A DNA stretch of 63,910 nucleotides, the filler included, from Licmophora abbreviata (taxonomy: Eukaryota): NCBI GenBank assembly GCA_900291995.1. It is 13 parts of 13 records of this genome, joined end to end, with 100 filler letters (N's around TTAATTAATTAA, not from the genome) between each part and the next. Parts side by side here need not be neighbours in the genome. Positions count along the whole stretch, not along the records: positions 38,348 to 51,894 come from OLMU01000857.1; positions 51,995 to 57,063 come from OLMU01000859.1; positions 57,164 to 60,442 come from OLMU01000860.1; positions 60,543 to 62,660 come from OLMU01000862.1; 9 more parts are not named here. One strand, given 5' to 3'. The notes beneath the pieces were generated by a model. That model ran no database searches. It saw only the letters and a list, made by a program, of their open reading frames with translations, and was not told the DNA's origin. How positions within the stretch are numbered: the stretch's first letter is position 1; each line of letters starts with the position of its first letter. Below, one piece after another: positions 47,450 through 60,962 of the stretch. The position numbers were made by a program, and so were the translations under genes.

Positions 47450-50400
47450 TCATATGCGTTCAACGTCCCAAATGGTGAGTGAGGGTTTCGTGCTGAAGCC
47501 AGATGCCTTCTTCTTTCCGCCACAAGTTTGCTTTAGGAGGACCTTGAGTCTCCTCCAGCCGTCGGCATTATTGAGCGAGCTCAGCTCCTTCGCTTTGTCG
47601 ATACAGTTTTTCCTCGCAGGCTCTTTCATTCCCTGAACAAATGGGCCACTGATAAGTTCTCCAGGCTTGAGGTCGCCGATGGCAGGGGAAGAAGACGACA
47701 GACGAATCTCCATCGAAAGGTGCAGCAACTGACCAAATGCATTTGGGTCTGACCCGCACGCATAGTAGAGAGCAGCGTATAGGCGTGGAAAGTCTTCTAC
47801 GGCCCAAGGGGGCAACGATCCCGACGCACCACGGAGCAGAGCCGCCCCTACGACTGCAACGCCTTGATCAGATTCAGAACTCCATCCGAGACGAGCCGTG
47901 TCATACGTTATATCGAGCTTCCGTCGGATGGAAACGCCCACGGACTGGAGCGTATCCTGCCCAAGCCGAAAAACATTCTCGAAAAAATCGACAATGGCTC
48001 GGCTCTGAGGTCCATCTAAGGACAGTCCAATCTGCATGTCTTGAGTCTTGTTGATCTGTGGGCGCAGCAGTAATAGTGTCGCCGTAGTACATGCATCAGA
48101 GAGTAGTCTTTCGATCGACCCATCAACGGAAATCGGGGCCTGTCGGTTCTGAACGAGCGACTTGACCAAAGAACAATGTGTCAGAAACCAAGCTTCACAG
48201 AGAGTGGGCCGAGGATCCTCGAACATCGGGTCTGGTGGGCATGGGTGCAGGACAGCGCGGTTCACCGCATGTCGCGTCTCGTTGAGAGCCGCCACGCAGC
48301 AACTCGTTGAATTTTTGTGAATGCCCGAGCCTGCTCCTGTGTCCAAAACTTCCCCAACGGCCCTTACAAACAGCCCAGGGGGTACGTGAGATTGAGACAG
48401 GACAGAATCGTTAAAAAGGGCACTTGTTGAGTTCGGACCACAATCGCACTGGCCGCAAATGATCTCGCACTCAGCTATTGTCCACGCAACAATCGCCTGA
48501 GCAGCACCAGTTGGCAAGTCGGTCATGGATGACGCTCTTACAAGGGAAAACATCGACGCCACGAAACGCCCCCACTATGGAGTTAACAAGAGTAAACGAT
48601 CTTAGCGTCGTAGCACATCAATTAATAGTCTCCATGGAACAAGCCTATGGTCACGTACCTGAAGATGAATCGCATTCGGACTGCCTGGGTTTGCCAATCT
48701 AGCATATCCAAGCTGACCGAGTTTGACCAGAGTCTTTGATACACAGCTAGTGGTCGATGCGGATGAGTCATCTGCCACCTCAAACAGAGAAGAAATTATC
48801 CTAGGGGAGAAAGAAGCGAGGTCGAACACCTCTTCGCAAAGACGGAACAAGGTTTCTTCATTCAGGTCGTGTCCGTTTCTCAGGATTGCAGAAACTGACG
48901 CAGTCGCCGTTTCAAAAAGTCCGAGCATCGCTGAAGAAACTTCAATGCTGCTACTTTCCCCACTGGCCCCGATGTTGTGCGAGTCAAGCTCCGCTAGACG
49001 GCAAGCAGTGCTCAGCAGAATGCGTCTAGACTTCGGAGTGACGCCATTTCCATGGAAAACTCCTGCACCTCTCGTGTTTTCGATTGACTTCAACACGCCA
49101 TGGAGTCGGCATAGCTCGAGCGTGAGAGGCAAGCCACTGGTTGTCCCAACTCTGGACGTGGCAACAGTCAGCTGTTCGCTCTCAAGCGTTAGACGCATCA
49201 GAGCTAAGCAGCCAACGTGATCCTCTCCTCCGGGCCCCCTCATAGCCCCTATTCTGTCCTGATCGAATGACGACGCGGCAGCGAGTTCCGGAACATGAAT
49301 AATCGATAGTATCGCAGCATGCACCGCACTGTCAAGTGTCTTCCTAAAGTCCTCACGAAGAATCCCATAACGCTCTGGGTCTACGGTGATCACGGAGAGC
49401 ATAGGGGCGAACGATGCAGTTGCGATTCCCGCGAGGCGACTGATCGGTAGTACAGCCGACCAACGAAGAGTCGGAAGCTGTTTCACGAGACAGATACAAG
49501 TATCTCTGAGGGCAAGGGAGGCAATGCGGAGCGTGCTAGAATCACTCGGCGTCCTCAGACTTGCCAGATTGAGCGCAAGCTGCCCCAATGGCTTGGCGAG
49601 AGCAGAAAGAGCGTGCAGCGTTGTTTCAAGCGGCAGCCCGTTCTCGTCTCGGTGACTCGCAATGGAGTCTGCACAGTTCTTCACAAGACGATCCAAGACG
49701 ATCACGGAGACTGCCGTCGGCGTTGACTGTCCCGACGGTTGATCGCATGCTATGGCGGTCCCTTCTGAGCCAGCCACGGTCCGGAGAACATCGCGAACAT
49801 CGTTTCGCTCAATTTCGAGCTCTTCATCGGATTCCGCACTCAGATCATCAAAGTAACCAGAAGTGTACCCACAGGACACAGCTAGCCGCATAGAACATTG
49901 GACAAGATGATCAACGACCAGACTTTCTATTGATGCTTCCGATAGTGTAGTATTTTGATGCTCGCGGGACCATGCCAGTAGTGCATCGTGGAGGCAAAAG
50001 AGAGGCTCGTATGTCAGTGCACGTACAGATCGATTCGAATATGAGCAGACTTTCTGAAACAGAGATGCCAGCGATGTCCAAACCTCTCGCGACCCCGTCT
50101 TTGGAAATCGTAGAACATGCGGTAAGCATGCATTGGCACACGCACAAAGACAGTGTACGGGCTGATTGGCGCCTTCGGCAAGATGCCCCATCTCGAACCT
50201 TTCATCAGCGGCAGCCCCTAAAGCATCCCAGATCAATTCAGTAGCCAATGTCGCAGCTTCTCCTCGGTGCGCACACTCGCTCATTGCTGAAGCTCTCCAG
50301 GCATCAGTTGTATTGCTTTCGACGATCTCCTTCTGTCGTTTCTTCGCTTTACTGGATTGGCGTTTCTTCGCAGCCTGTTGTAAGCGCTGATCTGAAGACA

Positions 50401-51682
50401 GCCCCAGTGAAAATGACAGAATCTGATCTTGAGTCCACGATCCTGCTTCGAAAATAGAGAGCAAGAACGACCACGCAGCTTGCGTCACAGGTGACACTTG
50501 TAGTGCTCCCGATGATAGATAGTGCTTGGTCATCGGCATAGCATGCCGAATGAACTCCAGTGGCAGCGGGAGAAATTTAGCCCAGCGTTCACACGCCATT
50601 AAAACATGTTCGTGCGAAGCTTCAGTCGCAACCGGTATATCATGTATCGCGTCCCAGAGGAGACTCACCCCTGTGGTGGGATTTCTCAACTCGTCGTACG
50701 ACGCTTGTATACAGCGGGGATCTATGGAAAGTCGCCCGCGAGCTCCGCCAGGACTCCCGAGTATCGCATCAGGTATGGTTGCGACACACACGCACAGACA
50801 GCCATGCAGTACCTGCGTCCGATGCTTTTGTTCATCACTGTTGATCGTTTGTGAGAGCTGCGCCACCATGCTCAGAGACTGGGTGACCATGCTTACCAAG
50901 GGAGTCGAGCTGGCAGCTGCAGAAGTAGTTTCTGTTGACATGGATACCGACTGTGGCGTGTAGCGCAGTCTTAGAGCCACAATCGCCAGTATCGACCCAA
51001 GCGTGTACACGAGAGGCTTGGTATTGTTGTCATGGTCGAGGGTCGTCGCTGCAGCTGTCAAATATATTATGCCTGAGATTGTCAACATGGTCAATTCTCC
51101 CTTGACTTGGTCTTCGTCGATCAATCTCGATGTTCCGTGATCTTGCATCCATCTTTGTAGCAATTCTCCTAGCAAGGGATGAAACTGGTGCATCCACTGC
51201 GAGTACTGGATTACCAGCTCAGACAAAGTGAATTCAGCTCGTCCCCTCGCGACTACCTGTGGGTTCTCCATTTCCAGGTCAATGCATTCGGAAAGCTTAA
51301 CTCGCCTCACACGATGCAGTAATGTTTGCGCAGCAAATAATCGCTCGGCAGAATGGGCCTCGGCGTGACACAACAGTGCCACGCAAGCCAACCAGGTCGA
51401 TCCAGGAAACTCATCAGTGACTTCGATGCTAGTACATGTCGGAGCAGTATTCATAGTTTCACCATCGCTGTGTAATGACGCCTGCCACTTCGACTGATCT
51501 TGCTGGCGCTGCTGCAATGACTGAAGTTTTCGACGCACGTTTCGGGACTGGACCTTTAGAAGAAACGCATGAGCTTCGTGGGCATGATGAGACAGCTGCG
51601 ACGCGGCTGAATTTGGGACGCCGAGAGAGTAAAGAATCTGGAGCGCTCTTCTTAGTTCTGGAAGTAAGGTTGGGGACCCCAT
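47450..51682 (-). CDS. Large alpha-solenoid protein, importin-beta/transportin-3-like; intron 48575-48658
   Basis: About 1380 aa spliced, helical and Leu/Ala-rich; ERLFAAQTL (importin-beta N-terminal-like) and acidic loop ESDEELEIERNDVRDVLR. Confidence 0.6.
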
Positions 51683-52109
51683 GATGACCAGCCTATAAGC
51701 TCTTACTCATTGCTCGCAGGGCTGTCAATCAATGCAACTTTTTAATTGTGCAGCTGTCGTTCCCGGGCTAACGTTCAATCCTTCATGGGTTCATTTGGCC
51801 GACACTCGACTGACTCCCACACTCGCAGACGGTGACGATGCGGTACATGTACAAGAAAAGATTGTACCTGCTAGCCTGGTAGGAACCTATGATANNNNNN
51901 NNNNNNNNNNNNNNNNNNNNNNNNNNNNNNNNNNNNNNTTAATTAATTAANNNNNNNNNNNNNNNNNNNNNNNNNNNNNNNNNNNNNNNNNNNNTCGAGC
52001 AGTTACTCGATGGTAAGCATATCTAAGAAAGTTCGCCAATGTCCCTTCTCTTCGACGTCTTGTGAAGCCGAGTCGCTGACTGCCGTCACGCACATGCGCA
52101 TCTTCTCAT

Positions 52110-52712
52110 CTAGTTTGGATACCAGTCGGTCGAAGCCGACTCAGCCTCCAAATGATCGACAAAGTCATGTACAACCGAATCCGGGTACGCTTCTCGCGCT
52201 GCCTCTAAAGCTCCCCTCTCCAATTCTAAATTCGCCAGTGGCTCGAGCCACTGTTGTCCAAAGTCCTTGCCGTACGCTTTGACGACCGGCTCACTGATTT
52301 CGCCCTGCAAGCCCTTGACGAGAGCTTCATTCTGCAAGACAAGCAAGACAGGCTCTTCATGCTTCGAGCGACTATCCAAACTGGCCACAATACGCAATGC
52401 CGAGGAGGAGGGCTTGGTATCTGATAGACGTTCCGGAGCAGAATACCACCCTACAATCGTAGTATCTCCGGAGTCGGCAGCAGAGGCAATCAAAGCCAAT
52501 GCCGTTTCGACCAACGGTTTCGTGGGAGCTTCGTGACACACAGGAACAGCCTTTGTAATTTGTACATTGCTTTCCACATCATACGTTCCCAGCAAGACCC
52601 CATGAACTACACTCGTGCTGTGCTTGGCCGCATGAAGCAGCATGGACGTGACCGCGTCCGAGGAAAGGACCACCGTCCGATTCTTGAATGATTCATTCTT
52701 TTCGTCTGCCAT
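52110..52712 (-). CDS. EMC8: ER membrane protein complex subunit 8/9 (UPF0172, MPN-like)
   Basis: MLLHAAKH...VHGVLLG, AVPVCH, IVGWY and DFVDHLE...DW.N motifs. Confidence 0.88.
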   Translation of the reverse strand: MADEKNESFKNRTVVLSSDAVTSMLLHAAKHSTSVVHGVLLGTYDVESNVQITKAVPVCHEAPTKPLVETALALIASAADSGDTTIVGWYSAPERLSDTKPSSSALRIVASLDSRSKHEEPVLLVLQNEALVKGLQGEISEPVVKAYGKDFGQQWLEPLANLELERGALEAAREAYPDSVVHDFVDHLEAESASTDWYPN

Positions 52713-53171
52713 TGTACAAGAGGAAGCACTGGAGGATAGAAACGCGAATATCAACCGGGGGTTCTTTGTGTGAACGGCGGTATGATACGTGTCGACAAAG
52801 TGTCTGACCGCCATGAGCACTACTGAAACGAGCGTACGGAGACGGGCGGAGACGCGACACGAGGACGACGAGCGACACCTGACGGGGACCGCCGGACAGA
52901 CGCGCGCTCTTTTCTTTCGAACATCGTCACATCGGCGCCATCACCAAAATTGAATACTCGCTACCACCCCACCACACAGAGCGGAACATCACTCGCAGCG
53001 TAGACGATCGTGGTAAGAGGCTTACTTGTCTCTGATACTCTCGATCTTGAGAGAGAGGGAGAGCGTAGAGTTTAATTTGCGCCATTTTGAGTCAATTTGG
53101 GCCATACCGCGGCTGTACAAAACATCACCACAACAACTCGCCAACACGACCACAGTCTAACAAGAATCGGA

Positions 53172-54185
53172 ATGATGAAACGGCAACTCTGCAACGCCGC
53201 GTGGCTCATGGCTTTAGGTACGATTCTGACAATGCCCTCTGAGGCTGCATGGAGGTACAATGCAAAACGAGCCTCGACCCGGAACCGTGTTGTGGAACAA
53301 GCTTCCGTCGCTCGCCGTGGTGGGGACACGGACATCTACGAACTGAATCCCAATTTTGTTCCATCGAATAGGCAACAGGGGAGTGTACCTATGATGAGTT
53401 TGTCTACAGCCCCTACGCTCGGTGACCTGGAGCGCTCACCGTATCAGCCTCGACAGGAAAAACAACAGTACATCAACAGTGACGACATGTCATTTCGAAT
53501 ACAGCAGTCGTCGACAAGTCCAATCCAACGACTGCAGCAGCACATGGCTCTGATTCATCAAATCAGTCCCACAATTTCGGTCGTCTCCTACGTTTGCGTA
53601 GCCATCTTTTTCCTGTGGCAGATTCCAGTCTTTCAAAAAGGACGCATGCTCCCTCACTACTTTGTTTGCAGCCGTCGCAATGTTATAAGACGGCGTGTGT
53701 ACTCCTCAATGATACTATCGGCGCTGTCGCATGCATCCTTGACACATTTACTATTCAATCTAGTGGCCTACATATCATTGGGTCCGACCGTCAAACAGGC
53801 CCTGCGGGGTTGGCAGTTGTGGCCGTTTGTCATCGGTGCGAGTGTGTCGGGATCACTGATGTACCTACTTGCAACTCGAGGCGGCGGTGGCTGTATGGGA
53901 CTTTCCGGTGTCACATTGGCTCTTCTAGCATTGTTTGCCCGTATGTATCCCCAGCGTGAAATTGGACTGGCTATCTTCGGGATCTTGCCGGTGCGATTGC
54001 CTGCCGAGTTGGCCTTGTACGGAATACTGGCGTGGAGTAGCGTAGGGACACTGATCCTTCCAAACAGTCGCGTGGCACACAGTGCGCATTTGGGTGGAAT
54101 ATTGTTTGGAATTCTATATCACGAGATCTGGAAGCAGCGAATGTATCTGCGGCGAGTGCGACATAAACTTTGGAGGTCTTCGTGA
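53172..54185 (+). CDS. Rhomboid intramembrane serine protease with N-terminal signal peptide
   Basis: SH..LTHLLFN, catalytic GLSG, AHSAHLGG; multiple TM helices. Confidence 0.9.
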   Translation: MMKRQLCNAAWLMALGTILTMPSEAAWRYNAKRASTRNRVVEQASVARRGGDTDIYELNPNFVPSNRQQGSVPMMSLSTAPTLGDLERSPYQPRQEKQQYINSDDMSFRIQQSSTSPIQRLQQHMALIHQISPTISVVSYVCVAIFFLWQIPVFQKGRMLPHYFVCSRRNVIRRRVYSSMILSALSHASLTHLLFNLVAYISLGPTVKQALRGWQLWPFVIGASVSGSLMYLLATRGGGGCMGLSGVTLALLALFARMYPQREIGLAIFGILPVRLPAELALYGILAWSSVGTLILPNSRVAHSAHLGGILFGILYHEIWKQRMYLRRVRHKLWRSS

Positions 54186-54766
54186 AATAGAGAAACACTG
54201 ATGATGATCCGGCGGACCGTTGTAGGCTGGCAGTGGCTGTGGTAAGAAACGGCACGGCTACGAACGAGGTTACTCTTTGATTTCTCATAAATCATGTTAG
54301 AAGAAGAAAACATAGCTTAGCACGTAGCATAGCGAGCACCAGGAACCAAAACGTCGGATCGACAAGGACATGTAAGAGATGTTGTTGTGGTGTTGAAGTT
54401 CCCCGTGGCAAAAGTTCATGCCCGGAGCCCGGGTCAGAAAGATGCGCGCGATATCTTCAAGCTCCATTCGCGCGGTTTCCGCGCGGCTGACGCGTGCGTG
54501 TTTTGTTTGTATGTGCCGGATCGAGTCGAGACGAGATGTCAACAAAATGGCACCGCACTCTCGCTATCATCGCCGCTGCTGTCGAATCTCTTTGTCTTGC
54601 TTGTCGTCACTTGGAAAGACCGTAAGCTGAGGGAACAATTCCTCAGGTCATTTAGGTTTTAGGGGATTCTCAGAATCAAACGAGGCTAGTCTGCCAACGA
54701 CAAACCAGGCGCCGCTTTGGAACACTCCTGCTGCTTCTTGTCAGGTCAAGGAACGACGGGGTGAAA

Positions 54767-57700
54767 ATGAGGGAATCGCTGTCGAAGCTTCTTATAATTG
54801 CGCTGACATTGACATGTATCGTTGGGCCGACCTCTGCTTTCGTGAGTGTCAATCATGTCTCGAGCGTTTCTCTTTCTGGGATCAGTTCTACGACGAATTC
54901 GAGAGTGGCCCATCGGCCGCTAGTGACTCAGCTCTATGCCACCAAGGAAAAAGAGAAGACCGCGACGAAGGACGGCACACCTCTTGTAACAGAGCGCAAG
55001 GCCCGTAACGGCTGGAGATCACGACGTCGGAGTCGTCGTGATCATCATCATCAAGAAGAAGAAACGGTGGATATTAACGTGACACAATTGCTCGAGGAAG
55101 TGTCGGCCGCTAACGCAACGTTGCGGGAACCTCACGTACAGGCTGCGGAAGATGTGGTGGAACTCGTAGAAGAGCTCAATCGTCGAATCGAAGATGGGTC
55201 AAAGGAAATGTTTGGTAACCTTACCGCCGTAATGGAACAGAAGCTCGACATTCTTCCGGAGTCTGCTGCAGACGATGTATCAGGCTTCATCGCCAACTTG
55301 ACAAAACAGATTCAAAAGGCCCAGAAAAAGGAAATGGAGCGACAAGTCATGGAGTTTGAGTCGCGCATCGTTCGGCCGCTTGAAGATTTTGCATTTTCGG
55401 ATGCGGCGCCGAATAAGAGATCCAAGGAAGATAGGGATCGGGATCAATTGATCCTCAAGGGAGTGAATTCGACGGTGGAGGAGTCGTCGAGGAGGATGCG
55501 AACAGCAGAAATCATGCGCAACTTGAATGTCGCGCCATTTTACTACTCCATTGCTCTGTTGCAGCGATGGTTTCGGAAACTATCATATCCGCCCATGATT
55601 TTGATCTCCTTGTGGTCGAGTCTTGCCCGCGTCGTCAAGAGCAACTCGCCTCAGCTTGTTTCCCGCAAGAACTCGGAGGGACAGACATATGAAGAGTACA
55701 TTCAGACTGCCGAAGTTATGCAGGCTGGGTGGAAGCGCACGGGTGAGATTGCGGCCAAAGGTTCCTGGGGGAAGAAGTGGGCAATCCTTCGACGGTCGGC
55801 CGAGATTTGGGCTTATTTTAGTTCGTTTTACATCAAAGAGAAGCGCATGGTAAGCAAGTACAATAGTGGTCGATGGTCCAAAGAGAAGTTCACCAAGGAG
55901 AGATCCAAATTGGGGGCAGAGGTGACCCAAAACCTGCTTAAATTGGGACCTACGTTCATCAAGGTAAGTTTGCGTGCGGGGCCGTAGTCCGGTAACAATT
56001 CTATTTGCAGTATTTCTGACCAATGCTGTCAAATCGCACCGGCACGAATAGGTTGGTCAACTCTTTTCTACGAGGATCGATATCGTCCCGAAAGAATATA
56101 TTGAAGAGCTCAAACGTTTGCAAGACAATGTTCCGCCGTTCTCGGGTCAGCTCGCTGCCCAGATCATTCAGGACGAACTGGGAAAACCTGTCGAGCAGCT
56201 CTTCGATTCATTCAACAGTACATCACTTGCTGCGGCTTCCCTCGGACAAGTTCACATTGCAACAAAGGGTGACAAAACGTTTGCTATCAAAATCCAGAGG
56301 CAATACCTGCGTGAGCTCTTTGCCGTGGATCTGGGGCAGCTGCGACAACTTGCCGCGTTCGCTGACGCTCTCGACATCACGTCAGAGGGAGGTCTCCTTG
56401 ACCGAAACACTCGTCGAAGTTGGGTGAGCGTTTATGAAGAAAGCAAACGCCTCCTTTATGAAGAGATTGATTATCTAAATGAAATGGAGAATTGCAACAG
56501 GTTTAGGTGAGCAACCGCGTTTGAAAATCCGGATTGTTCGCCTTGGGTGAACGTTACTCAGTATGTCAGTTCTTTCTACTACAGGCGCAATTTCGATACT
56601 CCAAAGTTTCGACACATCGCTGTCCCAGGCACGTATCCTGAGTATACGACCGAGAAGGTGCTCTGCATGGACTATCTTCCTGGAATCAAAGTCACCGACA
56701 AAGAAAAAATACTGGAGGCGGGCATGGACCCGGTTGATATTAGTATCAAATCTGCGGAAAGTTTTCTGGAGCAGCTCTGTCGACATGGTTTTTTCGTGAG
56801 TACTCGTACTGCGTGGGCAACCAAACCAAGCTATGCTAGAACGATTCAACTTATCATTGATCATTGCTTTGTCCATATCCACAGCATAGCGACCCTCACC
56901 CTGGAAATGTCGCCGTTGAACCGGGACCCAGGGGAGAAACACGGCTGATATTTTATGACTTCGGTATGATGGACTCATTTGGTCAGAAGGAGCGGAAGGC
57001 GCTCGTTGATTTCTTCTTCGCTGTTTACTACGATGCCAATGTGAAGGACGCGTGTAGTGCTCTNNNNNNNNNNNNNNNNNNNNNNNNNNNNNNNNNNNNN
57101 NNNNNNNTTAATTAATTAANNNNNNNNNNNNNNNNNNNNNNNNNNNNNNNNNNNNNNNNNNNNGACGAAGTCTCGTGGGAGAACGAGCTAAGCGAAGAGG
57201 AGAAAAAGAGTGTTAACCGACGACGCCGCGCACAGCTCGGGGAAGAGTTTCTGTCCATGAACGAAGATGCTCCGTTCGTGTTCCCCCCAACATGGACGTT
57301 CGTCTTTCGAGCATTCTTTTCATTGGATGGCATCGGAAAAACGTTAAACCCCAAGTACGATTTAACCAGGATTGCGCTCCCGTACCTGAAGGAGCTCTTG
57401 GATTTGAAAGACGGCAATGCCTTCAAGACTTCGGCGCTTCGCCTAGGGAAACGTGTTGGACTTCGACCTGAAGACATCAATCAGCTCGTGACACAGCCGC
57501 GGCGAGTCGCTAAAGCGGAAGACACAATCCGGAGGTAAGTCGCTTTGAAGATTAGCAGAATTTTGGTCTCCCCAAGTGAACCGCTTCTAACACGAGCTCC
57601 CTCGTTTTTCTTTCGAGGAAGATTGGAAAAGGGAGATTTCAAGTTGCGCGTCAGAGCTATGGAAGTGGAGAGACAACTTCAGAGAAGCAAACTTGTTCAA

Positions 57701-57910
57701 AAGAATACCTTCGCTGCAGTGCTCTCGTGCTTACTGCTGAACACAGGAGTATGCGTTGCAACCGTCGGGCGAGAAGTCGCTTTTTCCAACCCCTTGAGCA
57801 AGGCGTTGTTTGTGGGAGCCGGAATCCTCGGTTTGAGAGTACCGTACGGTATCATTCAGGTCACAAAGCTGGACAAGTACAACGAACGATTTGGAGTGAG
57901 AAACATGTAG
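54767..57910 (+). CDS. Plastid ABC1/UbiB atypical kinase (ABC1K7/ABC1K8-like); multi-exon, spans a gap
   Basis: SAF bipartite presequence; LGPTFIK^[40 protein letters not shown] and [15 protein letters not shown]. Confidence 0.92.
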
Positions 57911-58020
57911 GATCTAACTTCGAGACTGTCGATATACAACCATCTCAAGAGATGTTATCATCACACGCGTACTAGCTAGCACAATTAGTCTATTCACTAA
58001 CGTAAAATAAGACCGTGACC

Positions 58021-60442
58021 CTACGGTTCCCCCCGCGAGGCGTTTCGAGCAGGGGAAGCGGGACTAGTTTCGCGAGCCGATTGAAGCTGTCCCTGGAATT
58101 CACCTTGCTCCCACTGGCTGTTGGGGCGACCGGTGCCTTCGGATTTCAACACCTTCACCATGACAGCTACATCTTGAATAACAATCTCGTCCCTGTGATA
58201 CTTGCTCATGACGCGCTGGACTGATCTAGGAGACTTGAATCGAACCAGACCTAACGGGAGGACAGACAGGAAACAAATCCATTGTCAGAACAGAATTCGA
58301 TCACCATGACGCTACAATAACAGAAACGACAAGCGAGCAACACACCAAATCCACGTGAATTAGACGCAACCGCGGCTTTGTCGATTTCGCCAAACTCTTG
58401 GAAAACCTCCTCTAGCTTCTTGCTTAGCGCTCTCTTACGCATTCCCGTGACTATGACGGAGTTTTCCGGAATCTCGTGAGCAAGCCTTAGTCCGAGCATG
58501 GCTGCGCACTCATGAATGGCACGAGATGCATCGACGGGTTTCATTATGCCATGACGTACGCTCGCAACCATCTTGTTCAGCAACTCTTGCATAAACATTC
58601 GCCTAAGCAGTGCGACGGTGTAGAAATGCAGAATGAGCGGCGATCGATCACACGACGAGTTAACTCAAGCAACCATGGGCATACCTTTCTTCCTCTGAGG
58701 CCATCTCCTTACGCTTTAGCCAATCGTTTGCTTCGCACAAAGCACTCGCTTCTATTTCCATGCTATCCCCCTTCCCTCCCCACGAGAGGTCATAAATGTC
58801 TACTGGCTGAGCATCGTCTTCCATTAATGCCTTTGTTAATGCCTGACTCATCATTCCGTCGACACCGGCAACGTTTCCTTCGACCTCGTTGCGCATTCGC
58901 TCCAAGTTCTGGTCCTTGAATTGATCAAACTCATCCGCGAGATTTTCAGTGCCATCGGCCTCGTCATCAGACTCACCGCCCATTCCCATCGATTCGCCAG
59001 TCGAAAGCATCGACTGGTTCGAACGCAGGGACAGCGACGGTGAGATCATGCCTGACAACGGTATCGGCGCCGCTGTCGTGGATGTATATGCTGGATCCTG
59101 CGTGTCCACCATGATGTTCGAGTCACCTGGTAGCCGAGGCTCTGCGCTTCGCCGACTGGCAGCCGCTCGATTTTGGTACTCCTTCTCTTGCAAACGCTTC
59201 CTGTATCGATAAAACACGAACAATGCCACCAGGACGGCAGAAATACCGACAATAGAGACGGCCACAATTATGGCGGTGCTGGTACTGCTTGAGCCGGAAT
59301 CTGGCGTCGGTGGGACTGTTGGAGCAGGCTCCGGAGAGATTGCGGACGGAGGCATGGACGGACTCTGACTCGGCATTAAGCTCGGTACTCCCGAGATTTT
59401 GACGGTCGGGGAAGCTGAGGGCACGCTCGATTCTGTAGGTGTCATTGTGGGTGGTTCGGAAGCGAGAGACGGAAACGCGCGCTCTGCTTCCAACACGTCC
59501 AAACCAAGGGCTTGCAAGTCAGCCGCGACTCCCAAAAGATCTTGATTGACAGTACTGAGAAACAAGAGCGAGTACCCGGTCACATTCTCGTGCCTTGATA
59601 GCCATGTCATCCGATACCCGATATCATTCAACGCCGTTTGCAATCGTCGTGACCCCAATCGTCGTGCATCCGGTCCAAAATCAAACAGTTCTTGGGAGCG
59701 AATCTCACAGGTCGTCAAGATCCGATCGTCATCTTGTTCCCGAGTATTGAAGATGGTCGTCAAGTTTGCCATGTAGCCACAAAAGAGCGCTTGTTCCGTG
59801 TCGTTGAAAACGACGCTACTGGCAATGGTGAATCTCTGACTGAACGACTGTCGGTCCTGAATGACATTACTAAAGGTCGGTTCTGCCGAGGGCGAGACGG
59901 AAGGACTCGCTGTGGGGATGTTTGTCGGTGATTCGGACGGAAAATCTGTCGGCTGTGCTGTCACAGTCGGAACCCCTGTCGGTAATTCGGACGGAAAATC
60001 TGTCGGCTGTGCTGTCACAGTCGGAACTCCTGACGGGACGGGTGTAGGAATAGGCGACTCTGTTGGAACATGCGATGGCTGCACTGACGAGGATGGGGAG
60101 GCCGATGGACCCACTGTCGTCGAGGGAAAGGGCGAGGGACCAACTGAGGGTTCATCCGTCGTTAAACGGCTGGGTTCGCTAGTAGATGGCGACATGGTGG
60201 TCGTTGGAAGCGGTGTGATCGTGGGATTTTGGGACATAGTCGGTATGCTGGAAGGAGCATTGGAAGCGGTCGGTGTCGGAGATAGTGATGGTCCAAGAGT
60301 CGGCTGCGCGGTGCCTCTTGCTAAGGTCGACAGTATCCCAAGCCACCACAACCCCATTAGCGATCGGCTTCCCCTTCGTCGACGTACTTTCGGCCAAGAC
60401 TCAAGTCCTGCTGCAGCCACGATCCTCGGGACGGATGACACG
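58021..60442 (-). CDS. Type I single-pass membrane protein: signal peptide, P/S/T-rich ectodomain, TM helix, cytoplasmic tail ending in an RRM; exons (gap)60442-58685, 58602-58346, 58250-58021
   Basis: TM AIIVAVSIVGISAVLVALFVFY followed by RYRKR; spliced C-terminus has RNP2-like VIVTGM and RNP1 RGFGLVRF. Confidence 0.78.
59931..60027. repeat. 54-nt-period coding tandem duplication (VPTVTAQPTDFPSE x2)
   Basis: ATTCGGACGGAAAATCTGTCGGCTGTGCTGTCACAGTCGGAAC at 59931 and 59985. Confidence 0.9.
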
Positions 60443-60962
60443 NNNNNNNNNNNNNNNNNNNNNNNNNNNNNNNNNNNNNNNNNNNNTTAATTAATTAANN
60501 NNNNNNNNNNNNNNNNNNNNNNNNNNNNNNNNNNNNNNNNNNCCACTCCCTAATAGTAGCAGGCACCGTTATTAGTTATTAGTCGAGTCAGTCGAGTCGA
60601 GTCAAGGAGCCAGCAGCACGAAGAAGCTGATATCTGATATCGTATTCGCCATGGCTGAGCTTGTTCATTGATTCTGTATATTCGTAAACGTACATGTAGA
60701 TAATAAGTGCGACCGTTTAAAGACCATAAAATACTTTACATAAAATACTGCGAGTTCACTTATTGAGTGTCGCGTATCCCAATTCACACCGTATTGTACG
60801 ATTTCAACTGTCGAAAAAATTGTGACCAAATGCGAACAGATTGCAAACACGGAGATAGTTTTTTTTGGCTGCGGCGCACAGCAAGCACCCTTCAACCTGG
60901 CCGTGCCATCGACCCGTTCTTGTTGCACCATATTACGGTGCCGCTCTAGTTCCCTCCCCACC

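Noticed and set aside
60581..60604. AGTCG/AGTC short tandem repeat
   Set aside because: Too short and degenerate; an ordinary microsatellite, not CRISPR-like.
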